DNA of 57,162 bases from Rhodospirillales bacterium. GTDB taxonomy: Bacteria; Pseudomonadota; Alphaproteobacteria; Rhodospirillales; 2-02-FULL-58-16. Below, piece by piece: positions 23,670 to 31,603 of the stretch. Each line of letters begins with the position of its first letter. Position 1 is the first letter of the stretch. Location of the stretch: assembly GCA_036012725.1 (NCBI GenBank), contig DASCPW010000052.1, positions 1 through 57,162 on the forward strand, written 5' to 3'. The notes below the pieces were generated by a model. The model was not told where the DNA came from and did not search any database. It saw only the letters and a list, made by a program, of their open reading frames with translations. Position numbers and translations under genes: made by a program.

Positions 23670-23689
23670 ATTTCGACAATTGCCGAAAT
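23670..23689. promoter_or_regulatory. 20-bp near-perfect palindrome ATTTCGACAATTGCCGAAAT abutting the arsR start codon; candidate ArsR operator
   Basis: 9 of 10 positions pair. It lies immediately 5' of the arsR ATG (23669-23667), inside an AT-rich divergent intergenic region. Confidence 0.4.
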
Positions 23690-24082
23690 TACGTATTAAT
23701 TCAAGAAATAAATGCTTGCATGTTTATGAAATCATCACCGGCCATCTGGTCAGTAATATCATTTTCGGTGCACGCCCCCTCATCGCCGTCATCTGCGGCG
23801 AAAAAGACGGGTCGACCGGCGCCTGACATCGGGCAAAAGAACTCCGGTCAAAGATAGCGCCAGAAAATCGGCTGGGTTGCGAGCAAAAACGACGCTATCT
23901 TGTTTGAGAATGCATTTTCCCTGGTTTCATACGGGAGGTGGCGACAACATCACCGGCATAGGCTTGCCGCCAAATCGACGCCGTAAATCGCGGTTGGATG
24001 GAACTTTTGCGGTGACCGGCAATCTCCGTGACCCAAAAAGTTTTTTTAAGACCGATCGAAACGGAAAGGTTTTGAGGAAGCA

Positions 24083-25402
24083 ATGGCGATCATATCCTTG
24101 ATCAAAAGCATTCTACCGAGCAGCTTGCTGGGCCGCTCGCTTTTGATCATCGTCATACCGCTGGTGCTTTTACAACTGGTTTCCGCTTTCATTTTCTTCG
24201 AAACCCATTGGGACAAGGTCAGTCTGCGCCTAGCCCGCGGCCTGGCCGGCGACATCACCTCGCTTATCGATTTATTGCACCAGCACCCGGAGCCGGAAAA
24301 CCGGGCTTGGATTTTTGATCTTGCCGCCACCCACATGGAGATCCAGGCAACGATGCGCAAGGATGAAATTCTTCCCAATGTCCAACCGGTAGCAGCCAAC
24401 ATGATGGAACGGACATTGATCAGAACGCTCAGGGAAAGACTGCACAAGCCCTTTCTGATTGATACCAAGTCATTAAACCGGCTGGTGATAGTCAAGGTGC
24501 AGCTTTCCGACGGCGTTATCGAGATGGTCACCCTTCGCAAACGGCTGTTCAGTTCGACGACTTACGTCTTCGTTTTGTGGATGGTGGGAACATCAATGAT
24601 TCTTTTCGGGGTCGCCCTCATCTTCATGCGCAACCAGGTAAAGCCGATCCGCAGATTGGCTAGCGCCGCGGATAATTTCGGCAAGGGCCGGGACGCGCCT
24701 ACTTTCAAGCCGGAAGGCGCCAAAGAGGTCCGCCAGGCGGCTTCCGCCTTTCTCGCCATGCGCGAACGGATTGCACGCCAGATCAGCCAGCGCACCGAGA
24801 TGCTGGCCGGCGTCTCCCACGATCTGCGCACTCCCTTGACGCGGATGAAGCTGCAACTGGCCCTTATCGGCGAGGCCGACGGCGTCAAGGAGCTACAGGA
24901 CGACGTCGCCGAGATGGAACATATGCTCGGAGGATATCTGGACTTTGCCCGCGGCGAAGGGGCGGAAACGCCGGAGCCCGCCAACCTCAACAAATTGCTC
25001 TCTGACATGGCGGCACAGGGACGGCGCAAGGGAGGAAAAATCGACCTGCATTGCGAAGGAGAGATCACCGTACCGCTCCGTCCCAATGCCTTCAAAAGGT
25101 GTGTGACCAACCTTATCGATAATGCCATCCGCTATGCCGACCATGTCGGCCTACGCGCCGGAAAGCGCAACGACGCCATCGAGATTACCATTGATGATGA
25201 CGGTCCCGGTATCCCGCCGGAGCAGCGCGAGGAGGTGTTCAAGCCGTTCTTCCGTCTCGACAGTTCCCGCAATCCGGGGACCGGCGGGGTTGGTTTGGGG
25301 CTGACCATCGCCCGCGACATCGTTCGCGGCCACGGCGGCGATATCGCTTTGAGTAAATCCCCCAATGGGGGCTTGAGGGCGAAGGTCCGGCTGCCGTTGT
25401 AA
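24083..25402 (+). CDS. EnvZ-like sensor histidine kinase (2 TM + HAMP + HisKA + HATPase), no cognate regulator adjacent
   Basis: 439-aa ORF with the H-box AGVSHDLRTPLTRM, N-box NLIDNAIRYA, G1 DDDGPGIP and G2 GTGGVGLGLTIA. Confidence 0.92.
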   Translation: MAIISLIKSILPSSLLGRSLLIIVIPLVLLQLVSAFIFFETHWDKVSLRLARGLAGDITSLIDLLHQHPEPENRAWIFDLAATHMEIQATMRKDEILPNVQPVAANMMERTLIRTLRERLHKPFLIDTKSLNRLVIVKVQLSDGVIEMVTLRKRLFSSTTYVFVLWMVGTSMILFGVALIFMRNQVKPIRRLASAADNFGKGRDAPTFKPEGAKEVRQAASAFLAMRERIARQISQRTEMLAGVSHDLRTPLTRMKLQLALIGEADGVKELQDDVAEMEHMLGGYLDFARGEGAETPEPANLNKLLSDMAAQGRRKGGKIDLHCEGEITVPLRPNAFKRCVTNLIDNAIRYADHVGLRAGKRNDAIEITIDDDGPGIPPEQREEVFKPFFRLDSSRNPGTGGVGLGLTIARDIVRGHGGDIALSKSPNGGLRAKVRLPL

Positions 25403-25410
25403 TACGGCAT

Positions 25411-26548
25411 TCACGGTTGCCGGTAGGTGATCCGGTAGATCGCCCCCAGGCGGTCATCGGAAACTAACAGCGAGCCGTCGGCAAGCTCCTTGACGTCGAC
25501 CGGCCGGCCCCAGGCCCTGCCCTTGACCAGCCAGCCCTCGGCAAAATGCTCAAAGGACAAGGCGCGAACCTGGCGGTCGAATTTCACCCGTGCCACCCGA
25601 TAGCCATCGGGAATAGTCCGGTTCCAGGAGCCGTGCTGGGCAACGAAGGCATCGTTCCGGTAGGCCTCGGAGAACATGGCGCCACGGTACAAAGTGAATG
25701 CCCAGGGCGGCGACATGGGCGCCGAAGCGAATTTCAGGCATGATCGACGGCGGCTGTTTTCGTCCCTTGAAGGCATCGGTGCGAACGTCGCCGCCGCCGT
25801 AGAAGGGAAATCCGAAATCAAGCCCCGGCCTTGGCGCGTGGTTGAGTTCGTCCGACGGAACGTCGTCACCCATATTGTCGGCGCCATTATCGGTAAAATG
25901 AAGCTCTCCGGTGGCGGGATGGAAGTCCATGCCGACCAAGTTGCGGACGCCGCCGGCATAGATATCCGCCTCGCCGCCGGCCGGGTAGAGGCGGATGATG
26001 GTACCCTCCAAACCGGAGACTTCGCAGATATTGCAGGGCGAACCGACCGCCACGTAAAGCTTGCCGTCGGGTCCGAAAGCGGTGTAGCGCCAGCCATGCC
26101 AAGGATTGTCGGGCAGCCCGTCGAAGAGAACTTGCGCGGTTGCCCGGGCCAGCGTTTGCAGATCGGCGGCCAGAAAACGGACGACGCGGTGCTGCTCGGC
26201 GACGTAGAGGTATCCGTCCCGTCAAACAATGCCGTTGGGGACATGCAGGCCGGACTTCACCTTGACCACCGTCTCGGCACGCTGGTCGCCGTCGGCATCG
26301 GCGGCGGCAAAAATGGAATTGCCGCGAGTGCCGACGAAAACCACCCCCAATTCCGCCGCCACCGCCATCGACCTGGCCCCGGGGATGCGCGCGTACATGC
26401 CGATCCCAAAACCCGGCGGCAAGGAGATGCCGTCAAATCGGGAAGCAGCGGCGGAATGGGCCGGAAGCGCCAGACCGAAGCAAACCACCAGCAGGATCAA
26501 GATCCTCTGCCAGGGGCGGACGGCAACGGCTGTGTTGGCGACGGTCAT
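25411..26548 (-). pseudogene. PQQ-dependent sugar (sorbosone/glucose) dehydrogenase family gene, inactivated
   Basis: Three ORF fragments (26222-26617, 25550-26053, 25411-26244) together spell one beta-propeller protein with a signal peptide (MTVANTAVAVRPWQRILILLVVCFGLALPAHS). It is interrupted by an in-frame TGA at 26222-26224 (NGIV*RDGYLYVAE) and a 1-nt frameshift near 25690 (ALGIHF/YRGAMFSEAY...HGSWNR). Confidence 0.8.
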
Positions 26549-26631
26549 GGCTAAAGATTTTGGAGCGCTCGCCCGAACGGGCGCAAGAGGCAGCGCCTCC
26601 GGGACAACAAAAACCAAGCGGGAAAAGGGTG

Positions 26632-27831
26632 TTAGCGCAGGTAAAGATGGACTTCGTTGGTTTTGGCGCCACCGCTGGTTTTACCGGAAATGGCGACCCG
26701 CGCCGGCGGCAGTCCCATTTCGACAAGCGAACGCAACACGTCCTCGGCGAGACGCCGGGACTTGGTGGAATTCAGCGCCACCCTCGCCGGGCCGCCGCCG
26801 CTGGGAGCGACCGCAACCAAATCGAAGATGGCGTCGGGCCGGCGTTCCAGAACCCGGCTGACGGCGGCATAAAGAGTCTGTTGATAGGAGACTTTGGCGC
26901 GATCGAAACGAATCACCACCAGAGCACGCTGGCCGCTGGTGTCGGCCGCCCGCGCCGCCGTCGCCGGCCCGCCAGCGGCGACAGCCACATGGGAAATCAG
27001 GCTGGCGCCGTAAATTTCGCCGCCCTTGACGCCGGCGGCAAGCACGTTGAGATTGCTGCGCTCGGAAGATACGTAGTTGGTTTGGCGGCGAACGTCGTCG
27101 GAGACCTCCTTAAGCAGGCGCTCGATGAGAACGACGGTGCGGTTGACTTCGTCCTCGAGGATGGCCAGTTGCCTATGGTCGTCGTCGATGGCACCGGAAA
27201 CACCGAAAGCGGCGCGTGTCGATTCCGAAAGGTACGCCGACATGGTGGAATCCCCCGCCACGGCGGTGGCCAGCTTGTTCATCTCGCCGATATCGGCGCT
27301 GACGCGATCGAGATCGGCCTGGGCGCTATTGTACTGCCGCACCAAGATTGGGTTGCCGGGCGTGGTGCCCACCTGCAGGCGCGAATTCACCGCCGCGATG
27401 GTGCCGTGATAGCGTTGCGAATCCTGGACCATCTTGGCGCGTAGCTGCTGGAGCCCAGAGTTATGCTGGGAAATGGCGCTCTGCAACTTCTTCAACTCTT
27501 CGCGCAACTCATCCACTCTCTTGCCAACGAAGGTCCCCGTCGATGCGCCGGGGGTGACGCCTGACGGTTGAAAGTTGGTTTGGCCAAGCTGTGGCGGCGG
27601 GATAACGCCGAGGTCGGCGGCGGCGGTAGGAGCCGCCGATCGTGGCAGCGATTGGGGTTGGGCATGCATCTCGATTGTCCGCGCTTGTGGCGAGGCGGGC
27701 GATTGTGAAACACTCGGCGACGACGGGGCGCCACTCGGTTCCTCGCCGGTCAGCGAAGGCCACATAGTATCGCAAGCGGGTAGCAGAATAAGCGCCCCCG
27801 ACAAGACAAACCAACACCTATGAAAAATCAT
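26632..27831 (-). CDS. hypothetical lipoprotein with a Pro/Ser-rich linker, a coiled-coil region and a possible OmpA-C-like tail
   Basis: 399-aa ORF with a signal peptide and lipobox-like LLPAC. Also present are a low-complexity PS-rich segment, heptad-like ELREELKKLQSAI, and a C-terminal pattern ending NEVHLYLR. Confidence 0.6.
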   Translation of the reverse strand: MIFHRCWFVLSGALILLPACDTMWPSLTGEEPSGAPSSPSVSQSPASPQARTIEMHAQPQSLPRSAAPTAAADLGVIPPPQLGQTNFQPSGVTPGASTGTFVGKRVDELREELKKLQSAISQHNSGLQQLRAKMVQDSQRYHGTIAAVNSRLQVGTTPGNPILVRQYNSAQADLDRVSADIGEMNKLATAVAGDSTMSAYLSESTRAAFGVSGAIDDDHRQLAILEDEVNRTVVLIERLLKEVSDDVRRQTNYVSSERSNLNVLAAGVKGGEIYGASLISHVAVAAGGPATAARAADTSGQRALVVIRFDRAKVSYQQTLYAAVSRVLERRPDAIFDLVAVAPSGGGPARVALNSTKSRRLAEDVLRSLVEMGLPPARVAISGKTSGGAKTNEVHLYLR

Positions 27832-28238
27832 TTCAGTTATTAGCCCTTAACTTCACATTAAGGCATCATTACAAAAAAACCGCATGACCAAAACGGTGAA
27901 AATTATTTCAACGTGATAACTATTTCTAAAGAGTAAAAACAATTTTCCTCTCGATTCGACCATTCGGGATACTACTATTTGAGATACTAATCAAAGGTTA
28001 ATGGCGCCACAAGTTCAGATTCTCCATGCCAGAAAGAAGCCGATGTCGCGGTCTCTCCCCCCCCCACCATGAACGCGGCCCGGATATTGGCATGGCCCGG
28101 CCGCTTGGATTGTCCCTCTAGCCGACGCATCTTAACGGGTCTTAAATAAGACGGGGATCGACATCCTTGCCTTGCCCGTGGGTGTGGAGTAATGTCCCCG
28201 GCCTTCCTGCAAGGCCCCGCCAGCATCCGCAACGGATA

Positions 28239-28315
28239 GCGCCCGTAGCTCAATTGGATAGAGCGTCTGACTACGGATCAGGAGGTTGGGGGTTCGAGTC
28301 CTCCCGGGCGCGCCA
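28239..28315 (+). tRNA. tRNA-Arg (anticodon ACG), CCA encoded
   Basis: Folded by hand: a 7-bp perfect acceptor stem GCGCCCG/CGGGCGC, D stem GCTC/GAGC, anticodon stem TCTGA/TCAGG with loop CTACGGA, T arm GGGGG-TTCGAGT-CCTCC, discriminator G and CCA. Total 77 nt. Confidence 0.93.
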
Positions 28316-28592
28316 ATCTTCCCATTTAAATTAACGCTTTACCGGTGTTCACAAATGTTCTATCAGACTTTTTGTGCCGGTATATTCTCGCTCTCGGTCT
28401 CGACTTCCCGATCTCGGACTCCGAGCGTTTTCCGTCTAAGGAGGATGCACGGCCAATCGGCGACGATCTGAAAGCAACAAATTTCTCCGTTTTTCCACCC
28501 CTTTGTGGTTTATTACCGACGCGCCCCGCAAACCGGGGAAGGGAGGGCACAACTGCTTTCCCGCGCCGAGGTAAGAACAAAAACCCGGGTTA

Positions 28593-29819
28593 ATGCACGA
28601 ACTTGGCATGAAGCAACTCAACACCTACCGCGCCAGTCCCGACGACAACGGGCGTTTTGGCGACTACGGGGGACGATTCGTCGCCGAAACCCTGATGCCG
28701 CTGATCCTGGATGTGGAACACGCCTACAGGAAGGCCAGGAACGATGCCGCCTTCGCCGCCGAAATGGGCCATTACTTGTCCACATACGTCGGCAGGCCCA
28801 GTCCACTCTTTTTTGCCGAGCGCCTGACCCGGCATCTGAGCGGGGCGAAGATTTATTTTAAGCGCGAGGATCTCAACCATACCGGCGCCCACAAGATCAA
28901 CAACTGCATCGGCCAGGGTCTTCTCGCCCGGCGCATGGGCAAGACGCGGATCATCGCCGAGACCGGCGCCGGCCAACACGGCGTTGCCACCGCCACCGTT
29001 TGCGCCCTGTTCGATATTCCTTGCGTCATCTATATGGGCAGCAAGGATATCGACCGCCAAGCCCCCAATGTCTATCGCATGAAGATGCTGGGCGCCGAGG
29101 TGAAACCGGTGACCGCCGGTTCAGGCACCCTCAAGGACTCCATGAACGAGGCTCTGCGCGACTGGGTCGCCAATGTGGAGAACACCTATTATTTGATCGG
29201 CACCAGCGCCGGACCACATCCCTATCCGGCCATGGTTCGTGATTTCCAGTGCGTCATCGGCAACGAGGTCCGTGATCAGATCACCAGCGTCGAGGGAAGG
29301 CTGCCAGATACCCTGGTCGCCTGCATCGGCGGCGGTTCCAACGCCATCGGCATGTTCCATCCCTTTCTCGACGAAAAGGCCATCCGCTTCATCGCCGTCG
29401 AGGCGGCGGGAAAAGGCATTGAAACGGGCCAGCACGCGGCCTCTATAAGTGCCGGTTCGCCAGGTGTTTTACACGGCAACCGCACCTATCTCCTACAGGA
29501 TTCCGATGGCCAGATAGAGGAAGCCCATTCCATTTCCGCCGGTCTTGACTATCCTGGCATTGGGCCCGAGCATTCCTGGTTGCATGATACGGGCCGCGTT
29601 GAATACGTTGCCATCACCGATGCCGAGGCGCTGGCGGCTTTCCATCTTTGCACCCGTTTGGAAGGCATCATCCCAGCCTTGGAATCGGCTCATGCCATCG
29701 CCCATGTGTGCAAGATTGCGGACGGTCTCGGCGTCGGCAATTTATTGGTCATAAATTTAAGCGGCCGTGGCGATAAGGACCTGGATACCGTTGCCCGGAA
29801 CTCCGGAGCCGGCCAATGA
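28593..29819 (+). CDS. trpB: tryptophan synthase beta chain
   Basis: 408-aa ORF with the PLP-lysine motif [11 protein letters not shown] and GGGSNAIG. The start may be the second ATG at 28608. Confidence 0.97.
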   Translation: MHELGMKQLNTYRASPDDNGRFGDYGGRFVAETLMPLILDVEHAYRKARNDAAFAAEMGHYLSTYVGRPSPLFFAERLTRHLSGAKIYFKREDLNHTGAHKINNCIGQGLLARRMGKTRIIAETGAGQHGVATATVCALFDIPCVIYMGSKDIDRQAPNVYRMKMLGAEVKPVTAGSGTLKDSMNEALRDWVANVENTYYLIGTSAGPHPYPAMVRDFQCVIGNEVRDQITSVEGRLPDTLVACIGGGSNAIGMFHPFLDEKAIRFIAVEAAGKGIETGQHAASISAGSPGVLHGNRTYLLQDSDGQIEEAHSISAGLDYPGIGPEHSWLHDTGRVEYVAITDAEALAAFHLCTRLEGIIPALESAHAIAHVCKIADGLGVGNLLVINLSGRGDKDLDTVARNSGAGQ

Positions 29820-30661
29820 TGCCGAAAACTCGCATCGATCACCGGTTCGCCGCTTTAAGGGGAGAAAACCGCGGTGGCTTGGTGGTCTTTGTGACGGCCG
29901 GCGATCCCGACCCGCTGACGTCGGCGGAAATCCTCCTGAGTCTTCCCGGCGCCGGCGCCGATTTTATCGAACTGGGCATGCCGTTCAGTGATCCAATGGC
30001 CGATGGCCCAGCCATCCAAAAGAGCTCTCAGCGAGCGCTTAAAAGCGGCGCAACAATGAAAACGACGCTCAAATTGGTCACCGATTTCCGCGCCCGCGAC
30101 GACGAGACGCCGATCATCCTCATGGGATATTACAACCCGGTTTATATTTTCGGCGTTGACGCTTTCCTGAGCGAGGCGAAAGCCGCCGGCATCGACGGCT
30201 TAATCATCGTCGACCTGCCGCCGGAAGAGGAAAATGAAATTTGCCTGCCATCGCAAATGGCCGGAATCAGCCCCATCTATTTAACGGCGCCGACCACCGA
30301 CGAGGTCAGGTTGCCAAAGGTGGTCAAAAATGCCAGCGGTTTCGTCTATTATGTTTCCATCACCGGCATTACCGGAACCGCCTCGGCACGGATTGAGGAT
30401 ATCCGCGAGGCGATAAAACGCCTGCACCGCCATACGGGCCTCCCCATTGCCGTCGGTTTCGGCATCAAGACGCCGGAGCAGGCGGCGGAGGTTGCCGCCG
30501 TCGCCGATGCCGCCGTTGTCGGGTCGGCCCTGGTCGGCAAGATAACGGAAAACCTGGACGAGGACGGAAAGGCTCGTCCTGGCCTCGCCGACGCGGTGCT
30601 GGATTTTACCGCCGAATTGGCCAAGGGTGTGCGCGACGCAAGGATAAAAGGGGCATCTTGA
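29816..30661 (+). CDS. trpA: tryptophan synthase alpha chain
   Basis: 281-aa ORF overlapping trpB by 4 nt, with [17 protein letters not shown] and GFGI motifs. Confidence 0.96.
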   Translation: MMPKTRIDHRFAALRGENRGGLVVFVTAGDPDPLTSAEILLSLPGAGADFIELGMPFSDPMADGPAIQKSSQRALKSGATMKTTLKLVTDFRARDDETPIILMGYYNPVYIFGVDAFLSEAKAAGIDGLIIVDLPPEEENEICLPSQMAGISPIYLTAPTTDEVRLPKVVKNASGFVYYVSITGITGTASARIEDIREAIKRLHRHTGLPIAVGFGIKTPEQAAEVAAVADAAVVGSALVGKITENLDEDGKARPGLADAVLDFTAELAKGVRDARIKGAS

Positions 30662-31603
30662 ATGAATTGGCTTAAGAACCTGGTGAGGCCAAAACTGAGG
30701 GAACTTGTCGGTGGGCAGAAGGAAATTCCCGACAACCTCTGGCACAATTGTCCCAATTGCGAGGAAATGATCTTTCACCGCGACCTGGAGAAAGATCTCT
30801 GGGTTTGCCGGTACTGCGGCCATCACATGCGCATGGAGGCCGGCAACCGGTTGGAAATGCTTTTTGATAACGGCGCCTATCAGAAAGTAGAACTGGGCGA
30901 CGTGCCAACCGACCCCCTGAAGTTCCGCGACCGCAGGAAATACACCGAGCGCACGAAAGAGGCGCAGAACCGAACCGGCGAAACCGATGCACTGATCGTC
31001 GCACATGGGAAAATGGGCGGCTCCAATGTCGTCATCGCGGCCCTGAATTTCTCTTTCATGGGTGGTTCCATGGGTATCGCCGTCGGTCAAGGATTGCTGA
31101 CGGCGGCCCGCTTGGCGGTAGTCCAAGATGCATCGCTGGTCGTGGTACCGTCTTCCGGCGGCGCCCGTATGCAGGAAGGCATTCTCTCGCTGATGCAAAT
31201 GGCGCGGACAACCATCGCCGTCGAAGAGGTCCGTGAAGCCGGCCTGCCCTACATCGTGGTCCTCGCCGATCCCACCACTGGCGGCGTGTCGGCCTCGTTC
31301 GCCATGCTGGGCGACATCGCCATCGCCGAACCGGGAGCCATTATCGGTTTCGCCGGCGCCCGGGTCATCAAACAGACCATCCACGAAAAGTTGCCCAAGG
31401 GCTTCCAGCGGTCGGAATACCTGCTCGACCATGGCATGGTCGACATGGTGGTTCATCGCCACGAAATACGCGGCACTTTGGTTCGCGTCATCGGCCTTTT
31501 GCGTAACACCGGTCCGGCGGCTGATGTCATTCCCATTCCCGCCGCCGCCGAGACGCCCGCCGCCACCAATCCGCCGCCATCCGAGGACCGTCCAGCTGAG
31601 TAG
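30662..31603 (+). CDS. accD: acetyl-CoA carboxylase carboxyltransferase subunit beta
   Basis: 313-aa ORF with an N-terminal zinc ribbon (CPNCEEMIFHRDLEKDLWVCRYCGHH) and a crotonase-like CT domain. Confidence 0.96.
   Translation: MNWLKNLVRPKLRELVGGQKEIPDNLWHNCPNCEEMIFHRDLEKDLWVCRYCGHHMRMEAGNRLEMLFDNGAYQKVELGDVPTDPLKFRDRRKYTERTKEAQNRTGETDALIVAHGKMGGSNVVIAALNFSFMGGSMGIAVGQGLLTAARLAVVQDASLVVVPSSGGARMQEGILSLMQMARTTIAVEEVREAGLPYIVVLADPTTGGVSASFAMLGDIAIAEPGAIIGFAGARVIKQTIHEKLPKGFQRSEYLLDHGMVDMVVHRHEIRGTLVRVIGLLRNTGPAADVIPIPAAAETPAATNPPPSEDRPAE

Noticed and set aside
23215-24082. A cobalamin riboswitch controlling the corrinoid operon.
   Set aside because: No B12-box-like element or GCCACTG core was seen on the minus strand, either in the arsR-corrinoid gap (89 nt) or upstream of arsR.
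23877-24101. A possible remnant of an OmpR-family regulator upstream of the orphan kinase (RRRKSRL...DPKSFFKTDRNGKVL in the 74-aa ORF).
   Set aside because: The resemblance to the RLRRK...DP...TVRGxGY wHTH C-terminus is weak and the spacing is wrong. No receiver-domain remnant was found in any frame further upstream.
26222-26224. The in-frame TGA in the PQQ-type dehydrogenase, considered as selenocysteine or Trp recoding.
   Set aside because: No SECIS-like hairpin is evident immediately downstream, the family is not a selenoprotein family, and UGA is used as an ordinary stop by many genes in this window. The same gene also carries a frameshift, so a pseudogene is the simpler reading.
27987-28253. 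An 88-aa minus-strand ORF upstream of, and overlapping, the tRNA-Arg gene.
   Set aside because: It overlaps the tRNA 5' end, has no RBS or recognisable domain, and is rich in Arg/Pro/Gly from GC-rich non-coding DNA.
28239-28592. An integrative element inserted at tRNA-Arg.
   Set aside because: I found no integrase gene and no duplicated copy of the tRNA 3' segment within the window. Only the accessory gene content upstream hints at past insertion.
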